The notes below the pieces were generated by a model, which ran no database searches, had not been told where the DNA came from, and was given only the letters and a program-made list of their open reading frames with translations. This document shows, piece after piece, positions 40,354-52,959 of a stretch of 64,000 nt of DNA. The stretch's first letter is position 1. The number at the start of each line of letters is the position of its first letter. Origin of the DNA: Octopus vulgaris (taxonomy: Eukaryota); contig OX597818.1 of assembly GCA_951406725.2 (NCBI GenBank), forward strand, positions 8,990,001 to 9,054,000, given 5' to 3'. The position numbers were made by a program, and so were the translations under genes.

Positions 40354-43300
40354 TGTGAGAGAGAAGCGCATGCCATCAAACTTACACTGCTGTTCCAATT
40401 TTAGTTTGGATTTCATTTTTTTGGCAGCTTTTGGTGTTTCTTAGTTGTTAGGTAGTATGAATTCCTTTTTGCATTTGTCAATTTCCTTTAAAGACCAAAA
40501 ACAGTTGCTTTGGTTTTGTGGCTATTTGTATTAGTTTTCCTTGCTTCTGATATGTTATTTCTGTAGCCCTATGGTGGTTATTTCGTAATAGTTTTTTAAA
40601 ACTTTATAAGGCCTCTACCGCCTTCCATACGTTGCATATATAATCTTTCTATGTCAGATTTTGTGTGGTGAATCTTAAATCCTCTTATTGTTTTTCTTGT
40701 TTTCCTGTCTATTTTGATTAGTTCATTTAGTGTCCAGAATATTGTAGATGTAACTTATAACTGAGATGGCTAAAGTGTTGATAACAATTAGCTTGTTTTT
40801 CGCATTGAGCTCCATTTTCACTGTTAATGTAACTCGTCAATAGTATTCTTTAGGTATCTATTTTCATTGTGTGTATTGTATCGTATCTAGTTCAAACACT
40901 CCTAAGTATTTGTATGTCGGACTTTGGTCTAATTCTCTTATTTCATTTGCTTTATCTAGTGCGATGTTGGTACCTCTTTTCAAGGTGGCATTGGCACATG
41001 TTTCTAAGCTAAATTTCAGGTTTACTTCTTTGGTAAATCCATATACTGTCTGTAGTAATGTTTCCAACTATCTATCGTTTCTGACGTAGCTTTAGTTCAT
41101 CCATATATAAGAGGTGGCTAATTGTTTTGCCATAACTTGCGTATCCACATCCAGTTCTGTCTAGCATGTCAGGTAAAGGTGTCAGTGCCAAGCAGAGAAG
41201 AAGTGAAGAGAGTGTGTCTCCCTGGAATATTCCTCTTCTAATGAGGATGGCTTTAGTCTTTATGAGTCCCACTTTTGTCTGGATCTGTAGCGCTGTCTGC
41301 TTTTATTCATGGGGTGTTTTATATACTTTATGATTATTGGTGCTACCTTGTTCATGGCTATTGTTTCTATGATCTATGCCTAGGTAATACTATCACAAGA
41401 CTTTCGCTAATCGATCGTGGCCATACTTAGACCCTTCTTTTTTCTCCGGCTGTCTTCAGTTATGGCTTTATTGATCAGTAGCGGATCTTTACAGCATCGC
41501 TTCTGATTTTCTGGAAATATATTTTTTTCTTCCAGATGCTTTCTGCGATATTGTTGCAGTAAACGCTTTGTATATTGTAGGGAGACACGTTATCGGTCTG
41601 TAATTTTGTGGGTTGCTGTTTCAGTGCATTTGGGAATTAGGGTAATCTCCCTTCCGTGAGGCATTCAGGCATTATCTCTGGCTCTGCTAGTATGTCATTA
41701 TATTTCTCAGCCAGCTTTTTCTGTGTTCCTGTTAGGTATTTTAACCAGACGTCGGGGGTTATTTCTTGCTCGGGTGACTTCCAGTTGTTTATATATTGCA
41801 GTGTCTGGTTAATCTCTTCAGTTGTTATAGGGATCCAGGAATTTTCGTGTGCTGAATTCGTTGCTTTGATAGGCTTTTTCTGCGGTTGTTCCTTATTTCG
41901 ACCAATATTTCTTTCCAAAATTCTTCCATTTCTTGTGCTTTTAGTGCTGCATTGATCTCTATTTTATTTTGCCAACATCTTTGTAGAATGTTTTGGGATT
42001 GGTGTTAAACTACTCGTTTTGGTCAAAGAAACTTTGGCGTTTCCAATACCTAAGGATCATTTGTGTTTTGGCGAGGATATCTTGCTTTAGGTGTTCTTCT
42101 ACCTCAGGTGTATCTTGTTCTGTAATTTTATATTTACGTAGTATATTTCTTTTCTTGTTGCTTAGTAGTGTATATTAGTTTCATTAAGTTTTGGCAGATC
42201 TTATTTTCTTTTTTTTTTTCTGGATATTATTTACCCACAGGGCTTGTTTGGGTGTTGATGCTCCTGTTAGGATGGGTTTTATGGGGTATCTAACTTCTGT
42301 TGCAGCTACATACGCTGCTGCATATATTATGTCATTTAGCCTGGTCAAATTGACAGTTTCTGTGGCTATTAATTCTGTGACGGCCAGGTTCATGATATTT
42401 ATTATTATCAATTTTAAATTTTGGGAGGTACAGTCCGTGGTCCATACTGATATTTCTGGCTTTCAATGCTTTAATTTAGCTCATTTTAAGATTATCATAA
42501 TCGTTAGTTTCACTTTCACTGTTCCCAGGTTTTAGATTTGTTTCGTATTCCCTCCTGTTTATTTTTTTGTCTCTGGCGTTATGGGTTGGTGCATTTTGCT
42601 CATCATTATACATTGCTACGATTTGAGATTGTCGTCTTTCGTTATTTACAGTGTCAGTGCTTTCGATATTATTTGGCATTGATGTGTGATTACTATCTAC
42701 GTTTCCCTGATGTATTTTCCCTTTTAAAGGTCCTATTTCTATTTCTGATATCTTTTGGTTTTGAGAATGCACCTCTGTATGTTAGCTAGTTTATTAGGGT
42801 TCATTGCTCTAGCCAAATCTTTATCTAGGTTATTTTCTTCCAGATGTTATATGTATAAGTTGTTGTGTTTTTGATCTGTGGCTAGAACTCTGCTGATAAA
42901 ATTGGTGTGTATGATTGAAATATATTCCTCACGTGTCCATTTGTGCATTTCTGATTTTATTCGCGGGACATGAGGGATAACATCCGGCCCTTTATTTTCA
43001 TGGTCATAATTTTTGTAGTAGTGGTCCTTTCATTTCTGGCGTTAAATGGTTTTGCTCGATTAGTTTTTCCTGTTTTGTATAACAAGCTTGAAGTACGTAC
43101 TTCCTGGTTGTTGTCCATGGATGGAATAATACAGGTATTATTTAATGTATTTATGGTGGTTGGAGAAGGAGACGGTCTGATATTGTTTGGATCGTAATGT
43201 GGCGAACGTATTTACATTTGATGTGCGAGCGATTGAGATTATACACAGTTAAAATACCTCATTTCATTTGGAAAATAGAAATAACTTTTAATGGCTATTA

Positions 43301-43380
43301 CTTACTCGGATATAGTCTAACACTTTTAATGACTCTTACATACTCGGGTTGAGTCCAACGCTTCGACAGTGTGGCGAGCG
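40354..43380 (-). mobile_element. R4/Dong-clade-like non-LTR retrotransposon, decayed, inserted in (TAA)n
   Basis: NWKSP..WLKYLT, IRRGIFQGDTLSSLLLCLALTPL..ISHLLYMDELKL, KFSLETCA..YKYLGV; no APE domain seen; (TTA)n on both sides (40210-40352, 43381-43460), matching the known Dong target preference. Confidence 0.82.
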
Positions 43381-43424
43381 TATTATTATTATTATTCTTA
43401 TTATTATTATTATTATTATTATTA

Positions 43425-43460
<36 letters not shown>

Positions 43461-44634
43461 GTAGTAGTAGTAGTAGTAGTAGTAGATTTGATATTTCTTT
43501 TTAATTAGATATATTTTACCAAACTACATTTTTTCTAAATGCTTTTTTGCAAACTCTCTTGTGTCTTTGTTTTTACTATATATATTCGAGGTTGTTAAGT
43601 CGTGGCAACACCTACAATGCAGAAGATTAAATGCTCGGCGTCTTTTATTGTGACACACTTACATAAGTTCAGTCAGCAGTCAAGTCGAATTAGTCTTTTC
43701 TTTTGTTATTCTCGGTTAAGTAATGAGCTTGAGTTAATTATTGGCATAAATAAAAATCGACTACACCTTCCCCCAAATCTCTGTTTTTGTGCAAATATGA
43801 AATATTAAATTTAACAGTAGTCTCCGTGGGGACAAGGATTGGTCAGTGTTGGCAGTTAGTGAGTGTAAATATCTCAAAAGTAGAATTCATTAATTTTCAG
43901 AGAGGAAGTGAGACATTCTAATGTTTCGCTTACGATGTGTTGGAGAGTGATGTAATATGAAGTTACCGAACAAGTTAATTGGGTTGAGAGAGAAAGAAAC
44001 GAAGCAACGAAGAATAAGAGAGCAGAATGTGAAAGCGAAGAACAGAAGAGAAGGAAGCCACAAGAGAACATGAATATGAGAGCTTTTAAGAAGAAACAAA
44101 CAGCAGCGCAGTGAAAAAGAAATTTAAGCGTGGAAGGAAGGGCATAAAGACCAGATGAGGGAAATACAACAAAAGGTTAACCCATAAAATGCAGCCAATT
44201 TGGGAAAGAGAGGGTAACGGAGAAAATTAAGATTGCAACGCGATGAATGTACTTCGAATCTGATGAAGTGAAGGCATTATTTTGTTTCATTCCTAAACGC
44301 TAGTGAAAGTAGAAACCAAAGTTTGACTCCCCAAAGGAATTCATGGGAAAAGGTTTACAAAATTTGTAAACCTTTTTCAAAAAGAAAATGGTTTACAAAC
44401 TTTGGTTAAACCCCACTATGAACTCTACAACTTCCTAATTTTTAATACGATTAATTTGATTTCTTCCTTTCTTTCTTTTGAGGAAATAAGAAGCCTTTAA
44501 AATTTTCTCCTGTGATTTCAGATTTTATATCAAGAATTCTATTGCCTTAACGCTTTAAAAACCTTGCAGGCACAAATTTCACAATAGAGATGAACGAGAA
44601 AAATATAACATTCTATACATCGCAGGTAATAATT

Positions 44635-44711
<77 letters not shown>

Positions 44712-47129
44712 ACATGAATAAATAAGTGTGTGTATAATATTTATAAAATTATATATATAAAATATTCATTGTATATACATATGTGATTTAATATATATGT
44801 GTGTATGTATATGGTGTTTTTGTGTGTGTATGTGTGTGCGTGTGTGTATATTTGTGTGTGTGTGTGTGTGTTTGTACAAATCAGGAGAAAGGAAATTTTC
44901 CACTCTATAATATTATTAAACAGCGAATTACACCATTCATTCTTTCAACTGAATCGACTGTACACTGTAAGATGAGCACGTTGGTGTTAATGTCAGTGCA
45001 GTATCATCAGGGTTATTTCTTGCTGCTGTTCGAAGGTAAGCTGAAGAAATCAGGAAGTTGAATGAATAAAATGTAAATTTAATGACCCATGGATAATCTC
45101 AGCTAGGTTTGGTATGTGGAGTGAGGTCTAGTGTTAAATTAGGTCTAGGTTAGGAAGCTAACCATTCTACACATTTCAGGGAGAATTTCTATTTCTAGAG
45201 GTATATATTTAATTACTGTTTATTATTTGTTTTATTGTTTACCCAATTGTTATTGTAGTAATTTATAATTTTATTGTTTAATTAATAATTGATAAAGATA
45301 CATATATTTTTATGAAGCGACCTTAAGCCACGTTCTTGCCTATTTTTTTTTATCAGATTTTTCATTTTGAAGTGAAAGTTTGGTAAAATTTGTCAACACA
45401 TAGGTTACATCGTTTACTCCCTAGACCTTCTAATTATCTCCCAACTAACTGAATATATATCATTATTATCCTTTAGGGACCAAATTAATTTTCTTAGGCT
45501 TGTACGATTATTCTTCTTTCTTTTTTTTAAAGGAATTTTCGAGGTTAGCTATTCTCCGTTTAATAAAGCATGATCAATCACCTATATAACAATATTTTAT
45601 GGCATTTGATGTGAGTTTACACATTTAAACCGTATTTTTAATTATGTAATCGCAATATTTAATTTTTCAAATTCAATAGAATTTTGGGTTTCATTTCGGG
45701 TAAACACCAACTTATTTGCCTACATTCCAAGTTATTTTCACTATTCACCTTTTTTGTTTTCCGGGTGTTGCACTTTCTAGCATTCTTGCCATCACTTTCC
45801 AGGCTTGCGCTTGAAATTGTAACAGGAGCTTTCCGTGGATATGCTTTTATATATATATATATATATATAGTTAATCCAAACGTGAAATCACAAAGAGAAA
45901 ACACAACAACGCATGTTTATATGTATATATATATATACCTGCCCCACGTGCAAGGAGGATTACATAGGTGAAACTGGAAATTCTTTATGCTAACGAGCCA
46001 GAATTCACCGACATGTCCGACAGGAGGAACTGCGCAAGATACCACTGAGTAAACACCCAGATACATGTGGAGAAGGAACATTTAAGATATTTTCCTTCTA
46101 CAAATGTCCAAAGAATGACATAACTAAGTTCTCCCCCAAATTGAATGGCTGAAAATATCTATAAGATGTACCATATGAAGGACCAAATTTGTAAAGTAAA
46201 TTGAATTAAACACGCACACACACACACACACACGCACACACACACGCACACACACACACAAACACGCACACACACACATAGTTCTACACATATGTTTTGT
46301 TTTTTGAAAATACAACATTGAACAAATAATATTCTAATATTTGAATGAAACCATTTTACCTTAATTTGTGGAACCAGTTGCCTCTGTATGATAAAATTTA
46401 ATATTTATTTAGCTGTCAATCAGTGAAATATTAGACTAAATCAATTGAAGATCAGACAACAGACTCAGGGGTTGTCAGTTTGTATTCTGTCATCTGTAAC
46501 TTTAACACAAGAAAGTCTCCTTTTCAAGTATGGACCTTATGAAATTTTGCTCATCATACATTGAAGGACAAATCTTTCAATTTTTAATTTAACAAACATA
46601 GAATAGCATTTAGTACACTGTATATTACTCTACATTCTTGTTGATCACCAAAGGAAACTGACTTTTAAAATCTGAATAAAACAAATCTGTTTTTGTAATC
46701 AAACATTGGATTGAAAGAACTGAATAGTGGTATAAATATCAACACAATTATTTCTTCCTCCTCTCTTTCTCCTTTCTTCCCGTCTCCAATGACATACCTA
46801 CCAGACTCACAGGCACTATGCACACGCACACGCACACACACACACCTTCACAAAACAATAATAAAAAAAATCCAGACAATTCTTTTTTGAAATGACCAAT
46901 TTCTAAAAATCAAAAACCATTTACAGTTGCAAAAAAATAATAACAAAAGTGCCACTGATTACTCTTAACAACTTGACTGTCCTCCTTTGTATCTTTCAGA
47001 TAGAAAGACACAAACAGACGCGCGTACATAAACACAAACACTCACACACGCACACTCGCTTACAAGACAATGATAAAAAGGAAATATAATTTATGGTCTT
47101 CTTTCTCTACCCTTTTTTTCCTGCCCTTC

Positions 47130-47550
47130 TGTTTCTCTAACACTATTTTCAGATACAAACACACACGCACATGCTCTCTCTCACTTTCTCCCCATTCATC
47201 ACCCTCTTGTGCTATCTTATATCCCTCCCCACTACTACACACTCAATAACACTACAAAATAGTCAAATTTTTCCCAAGATCTTAGACCCCCCTTGGAGTA
47301 AACATCCTGACCAACTACAAAAGAAACCAGCAAAACAATTTTTTCTTCATCCCTCTTTCCCTTTTCTTCCTTTCCTTCTTTTACTCTAACAATACTTTCA
47401 GATACAAAAGCACACACACACACGCACACACACACACATATGATCTCTCTCTCTCACTTTCTCCTCTTTCTTCACCTTCTTGTACTATCTTATATCCCTC
47501 CCCACCACTAAACACTCAATAACACTATAAAATGCTCAAACATTTTCCAC
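47130..47550. repeat. Diverged direct repeat, two ~140-160 bp units
   Basis: ttcagatacaaa..ctatcttatatccctcccca..cactcaataacacta occurs twice. Confidence 0.75.
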
Positions 47551-47932
47551 AGCAACTTACTTCAATTTGAAAAATCCACCAGAATGGACGAAAGCGCTAT
47601 ATATGATAAATGATAACAGTTATATGATGTATATAAACATGTAATATACAAATAAATATCTGTAAATATAAAACTATCCGAATTTCTCATCTGCAAACCT
47701 TCTTATATATATATATATATACACTTGGTACGTGGTAGCAGAACGTGCAAGAAATAGCAGCCAAATCTTTCATTTTCTGGAAAAAGAAGCCGCTTGCACG
47801 TGACTTCTATGTCCCATTCGTTGAAAGCATGCGAAATAACCTGCAAAATAAAAAAAAAAACACACGGAACAAAGCACCGTTGCTGGAATACTCAATATTT
47901 TCCGGTGACACAATGAGTCACGGGTAGTCTCG

Positions 47933-48159
47933 TACTCTTTTACTTGTTTCAGTCATTTGACAGCGGCCATGCTGGAGCACCTCCTTTAGTCGAACAAATC
48001 GACCCCAGGACTTATTCTTTGTAAGCCTATTACATATTCTATCGGTCTATTTTGCCGAACAACTAAGTTACGGGAACTTAAACACACCAGCATCGGTTAT
48101 CAAGCGATGTTGGGGGGGGACAAATACAGACATATAAACATACACACACACACAAACAT

Positions 48160-48227
<68 letters not shown>

Positions 48228-48385
48228 TTCTTTCAGTTTCTGTCTACCAAATCCACTCACAAGATTTTAGACGGCCCGAGGCGATAGTAGTAGAAGACAC
48301 TTGCCCAAGATGCCACGCAGTGGGACTGAACCCAGAACAATGTGGTTGTTAAGCAAGCTACTTACCACACAGCCACTCCAATGCC
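47933..48385 (-). mobile_element. tRNA-derived SINE
   Basis: Reverse complement of the 25126 family. Confidence 0.88.
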
Positions 48386-49002
48386 TTTATATTTTTGCTA
48401 ACATCTTTAACACTCTAAATCTTCTTTCTCTTGTTAAGAATATGTAAGCGTTAACGCGCACGCGCACACTCACTAGACACTACAGGCACACAAAATGCGC
48501 TTATATAGTTTTAAAACTAGGTGATAACCAAACAACTTACCTAGAACTACTATGTCCCTCTACTGAGCAAAAACACTACATCCCACCTCCCTTTCCCTCC
48601 TCCTAACAATTTCGTAATCTGTTACCACGCTTTAACCTTTCTCTTTAACTCTAATTAAATGTATTTTCTGATTGCCACGATATATTAACTTATTTACTCC
48701 ACAGTAAACCCGTAAATATCCTCAGCCAAAATACACAAATTCATTCCCTTAGCTAGCTTCCATAATAACTTATTTCCACTTAATCGTCGCCATCTCCCTC
48801 CCTATTCCTATTCTTATTCTTTCCGTTTACTCACTCCAGTATATTATTTCTTTACTAATACGTCTTTCTTCTCCATCTATGTTTTCTACTTATTTTCAAT
48901 CTTCTGCGAGTCAACATTGGGTCCCTAGACAACAAAGCTAACTACTTTTGGTTTAGGTATCTTTTGATCGACGTGTAGGCAGTGGATTAGCCCTCGTTTG
49001 AA

Positions 49003-49034
<32 letters not shown>

Positions 49035-49072
49035 ACGAAACATTGTCGCAAAGCAGTGTATAGATATGTTCA

Positions 49073-49560
49073 GAATTTAGGTTAGTTGAAACATGTTTTG
49101 TCGCATATTTCAACTCCTAAAAGCAAATACACTGCAGTTACAGTGGAGAAAAAAATCTCACTTGTTGTAAAAAGGTGTGAAAACACCAGTTCGTTCAGTG
49201 TTGCCATCTCTTAGGAATCTCACACATCGATGTTTTGTGTGTTTTAACTGTTGTCAATGAGATGTACCCAACATCGAGCGATCTACTAGCGCAAATCAGT
49301 CAACGTGTTGACGGAATTATATATAAAGCTACAAGCTTTATTGAGTTCGTTCAGAGTTACCTCTCTTAGATACATCTCATTGACAAGAATAAAAGAGCTG
49401 GAAACATCGATGCCTGTGGTTCCTAACAGATGGCAACACTGAACGAACTGGTGTTTGCTCACCTTTTTATCATAAGAGAGATTTTTCTCCATGGTAACTG
49501 CAGTGTATTTGCCTTTAGCAGTTGAAATGTGTAACAAACATAATTCAACCAATCGAAATT
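49073..49560. mobile_element. Fold-back/MITE-like element with ~190-bp inverted arms
   Basis: gcaaatacactgcagttac..caccagttcgttcagtgttgccatct..tgtcaatgagatgta versus tacatctcattgaca..agatggcaacactgaacgaactggtg..gtaactgcagtgtatttgc. Confidence 0.75.
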
Positions 49561-49608
49561 GTACTCCCATATGTGTGTGTGTGTGTGAGAGAGAGTGTGT
49601 GTGTGTGA

Positions 49609-49644
<36 letters not shown>

Positions 49645-50179
49645 ATGTATTAGACGCGAGATATGTATATACGGAACACATGCATTGCATACCTTCTTTT
49701 CCCATATGAATAAATTTCTGTTTAATGTAAAATTACTCATTAATATTTCTAACTACGTATGTATGTATGTATGTATGTATGTATGTATGTATGTATGTAT
49801 GTATGTATGTATGTATGTATGTATGTATGTATGTATGTATGTATGTATGTATGTATGTATGTATGCATGTATGCATATACGAGTACAACAGAAGTCTGAA
49901 GGCAAACGTTTTGTCAAAACTTGACAATGCCATTTAATTCAGCTATATGATAAAAAGGGGCAGAAAGACTCTGGTGTTAACCTGCTCCGCAGGAAGACAA
50001 TTATAACCGCTTTAAAAAAGCAGTCACAATATCACATCCAATTATAGGTCAAATCAGTAATTCTTGTGGCATACCGAATTTAACACTCAGTGTTAGAGTC
50101 TATTAGTTTGAAGCCACACAGAAGAAAACTCATCGTAACACACACACACACACACACACATATATATGTATATATATAT

Positions 50180-51850
50180 ATATATAAATCACAGTATTTC
50201 TGTGCATAATGACTAACGTATACTTTTCCACAATTCTCCACCGATTTTCTCAAAACTTTACATATACATTAATTATGTCCCACGGATGGTCATGAACTAT
50301 AAAATTTTGCGTAGATCTGACGTAAATGGACATATTTTGTTTGTATGTAGGGTCGTCCTTACTTTTTTAAATCTTATAAAAGTGAAAGGAGTTTTTCTAT
50401 TTATTTCGACTGTCCGCCAGCGACTTGGATTAAATTGAACAGGAACACTATATGCGATGAATATCCAATACCAAACAATCTTAATTTCTGTATTTAAGCT
50501 GCATTAAACTTTACCTATTTTGAGTTACTTGAAAGGTGATGTTCGATTTCCCCTCTTCTATTTATTAATAGATTTGTTTATCTACCAATGCGTTGTTTCA
50601 GTTTAAAGATGCTTGTTTTCCAAGCAATTATGATATTTCGACTGTTGTCCATTGTTTCAAATAAGTTTTAGTATTGTCGTTCTAACCTTTGTTAAATAGT
50701 CATATATGATTCGTCCCTAAGAATCAACCTTTAAATAAGAGTTTTGCTTTCACTAGCGAGAGCTATACATATCTTTCAGAGTGCTCCATACCAATTTCAG
50801 ATTATGCGACATTCGCTGTTACTTTATGTGTAAGGTATGTGGGAAGACAGAATAAAATGACTTTTGTTACCTTATAATAGAATCGATAATCACTTGGTAC
50901 ACTAAAACCCATTTTCCTTTTCCAAATAATACAAGGATGCCACTTAAAAGGAGAGCACGCATTGCCAGAAAGTCATCTGCAGCGACAAGGCAGCAGCGCT
51001 TGCAGCCTGTGGAAACTGAGGATCAGAGGTCTTGTAGACGGTTGAAAAGAGCTGCTGCTGCTAGAGCTGCAATTACTCCAGAGCAGCATGAAACCTATCA
51101 AGTGTGTGCTGTTGATGCAAGGGCTGCATCCACTTCTGCTGAGAGGCTGGAAGATGACGATAACCTCAAACTAAGGTTCACTGGCTGTGACCTGAGTCTA
51201 ATGTTCACCGGAAGGCTCTTGTCCGTTGTTATTGGCAACCATCGAATAGTCGATGGACATCAAAGGTGCTCAACTATGATCCCGCCGAGGATTACACTAC
51301 TCATCGAGATACGGGTGGATGTGTCTGTAATATGTCTATTTTGCAAGGCCCTTAAATAGACTGGAGAATCCAGTGGCCTATCCTATTGAAACGGAAAGAT
51401 TCGCTTGCTTGACCTGCAAAGCACTCCTCAGCTTTCGCTCTCTTTACTCCGTGGTCACCACCCTGATTTGCAGCATTTTAGACAGAAAATTCACGCTTAT
51501 AACTCTGCCTTCCAGAAAACAGTATTCTCTAATTAATATTATCTAACCAAAAACTCAAAAAACAATACACAGCAATACAAATATAAAAGAATATAGAAAG
51601 TAGCAATACACAATTACAACATATAAATAAATAATTAATCAACGTTCAAAATTCACGGTCAAACCTATCATAGAGTAGGCTCTATTCTTCATGTCAACAA
51701 CACTGGACGCTCATTCCTTCAAATTTACGTCATGGGAGATACCAATGAGAAAACAGCTCGCTGAGCTCAGGTGGCACCTGGAACAAAGTGAAGAAGATAC
51801 AACCTACCACAAAGCCACTCTTGCGCCTAAAATTATTAAAGTGTCACCGA
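50180..51850 (+). mobile_element. Helitron 5' relic (RepHel N-terminus)
   Basis: MPLKRRARIARKS..ETEDQRS coiled region, NYDPAEDY, CLFCKALK*..ESSGL..NGKI, HF..I.AYNSAFQ, FKIHGQTYHRVGS..FLQIYVMGD. Confidence 0.85.
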
Positions 51851-51898
51851 AATATTCATATACATCAATCTATCTATCTATCTATCTATCTATCTATA

Positions 51899-51932
<34 letters not shown>

Positions 51933-51960
51933 GCTAGCTAGCTAGCTAGCTAGCTATCTA

Positions 51961-52044
<84 letters not shown>

Positions 52045-52692
52045 TATGTATGTATATGTGTATATATATGTGTGTGTGTATGTGCAAAGTGAAAGTGAGA
52101 TCACACACACATACACACACACTAAAATCATAGAATAGTGGGCATAAATGTGATAATATGAAGAAAAATAAGAAACATATGTTTTGCATTGAAAATTATT
52201 TGTTTGAATTAGTCTATTGCCACTGCTGGAAATGTCTCGCTTTAAAGGTTACTGCCAAAGCCATGACTGCACATGAAAATAACTATAAATAACTATATAA
52301 AATTTAATTTTTGCTGAAAATGTATAATAAATTATGGGAAAACAACGTCTCTGAGTGAGACAACTGGAACCAAAAGAAAACAAGATATAAAAATAGAGCA
52401 GAGACAAAGGCGAGTGCTATGAAATGATAAATATATACTTGGATAAAATCAGCAAAAGGAAAGGCGAGGGCAAAATAGACATGTATAATAAGGGCAAAAA
52501 CAATAATATCAACGAGAGAAAAACATGAACAACAACATTCGCAGCTCTCTTTATGTCCTGACAACAATGACATCGAAACTCCATTAGCTGTGCAATGTGT
52601 TCCGGAATAACATATCACTGTATACCTATATATAAATAAATGAGTGTGTGTTTGTGTCGCGTGTGCGTATATATAAATAAACAAACAAATAA

Positions 52693-52732
<40 letters not shown>

Positions 52733-52959
52733 GCACAGATTTTTCAGCTGATGCCATTAATAATCACGCTAACACTCACACGAGTAAATACAAACAGTTA
52801 TAGATGCACATCATTTTGAATCTCAACAAAAATCCACATGCACATATACGTATATACATATATACATACATACATGCACATATATGTACATATACATATA
52901 AATACACACACATACACACACATATATATATAGTTCACACATGACATCCAGATATTATC

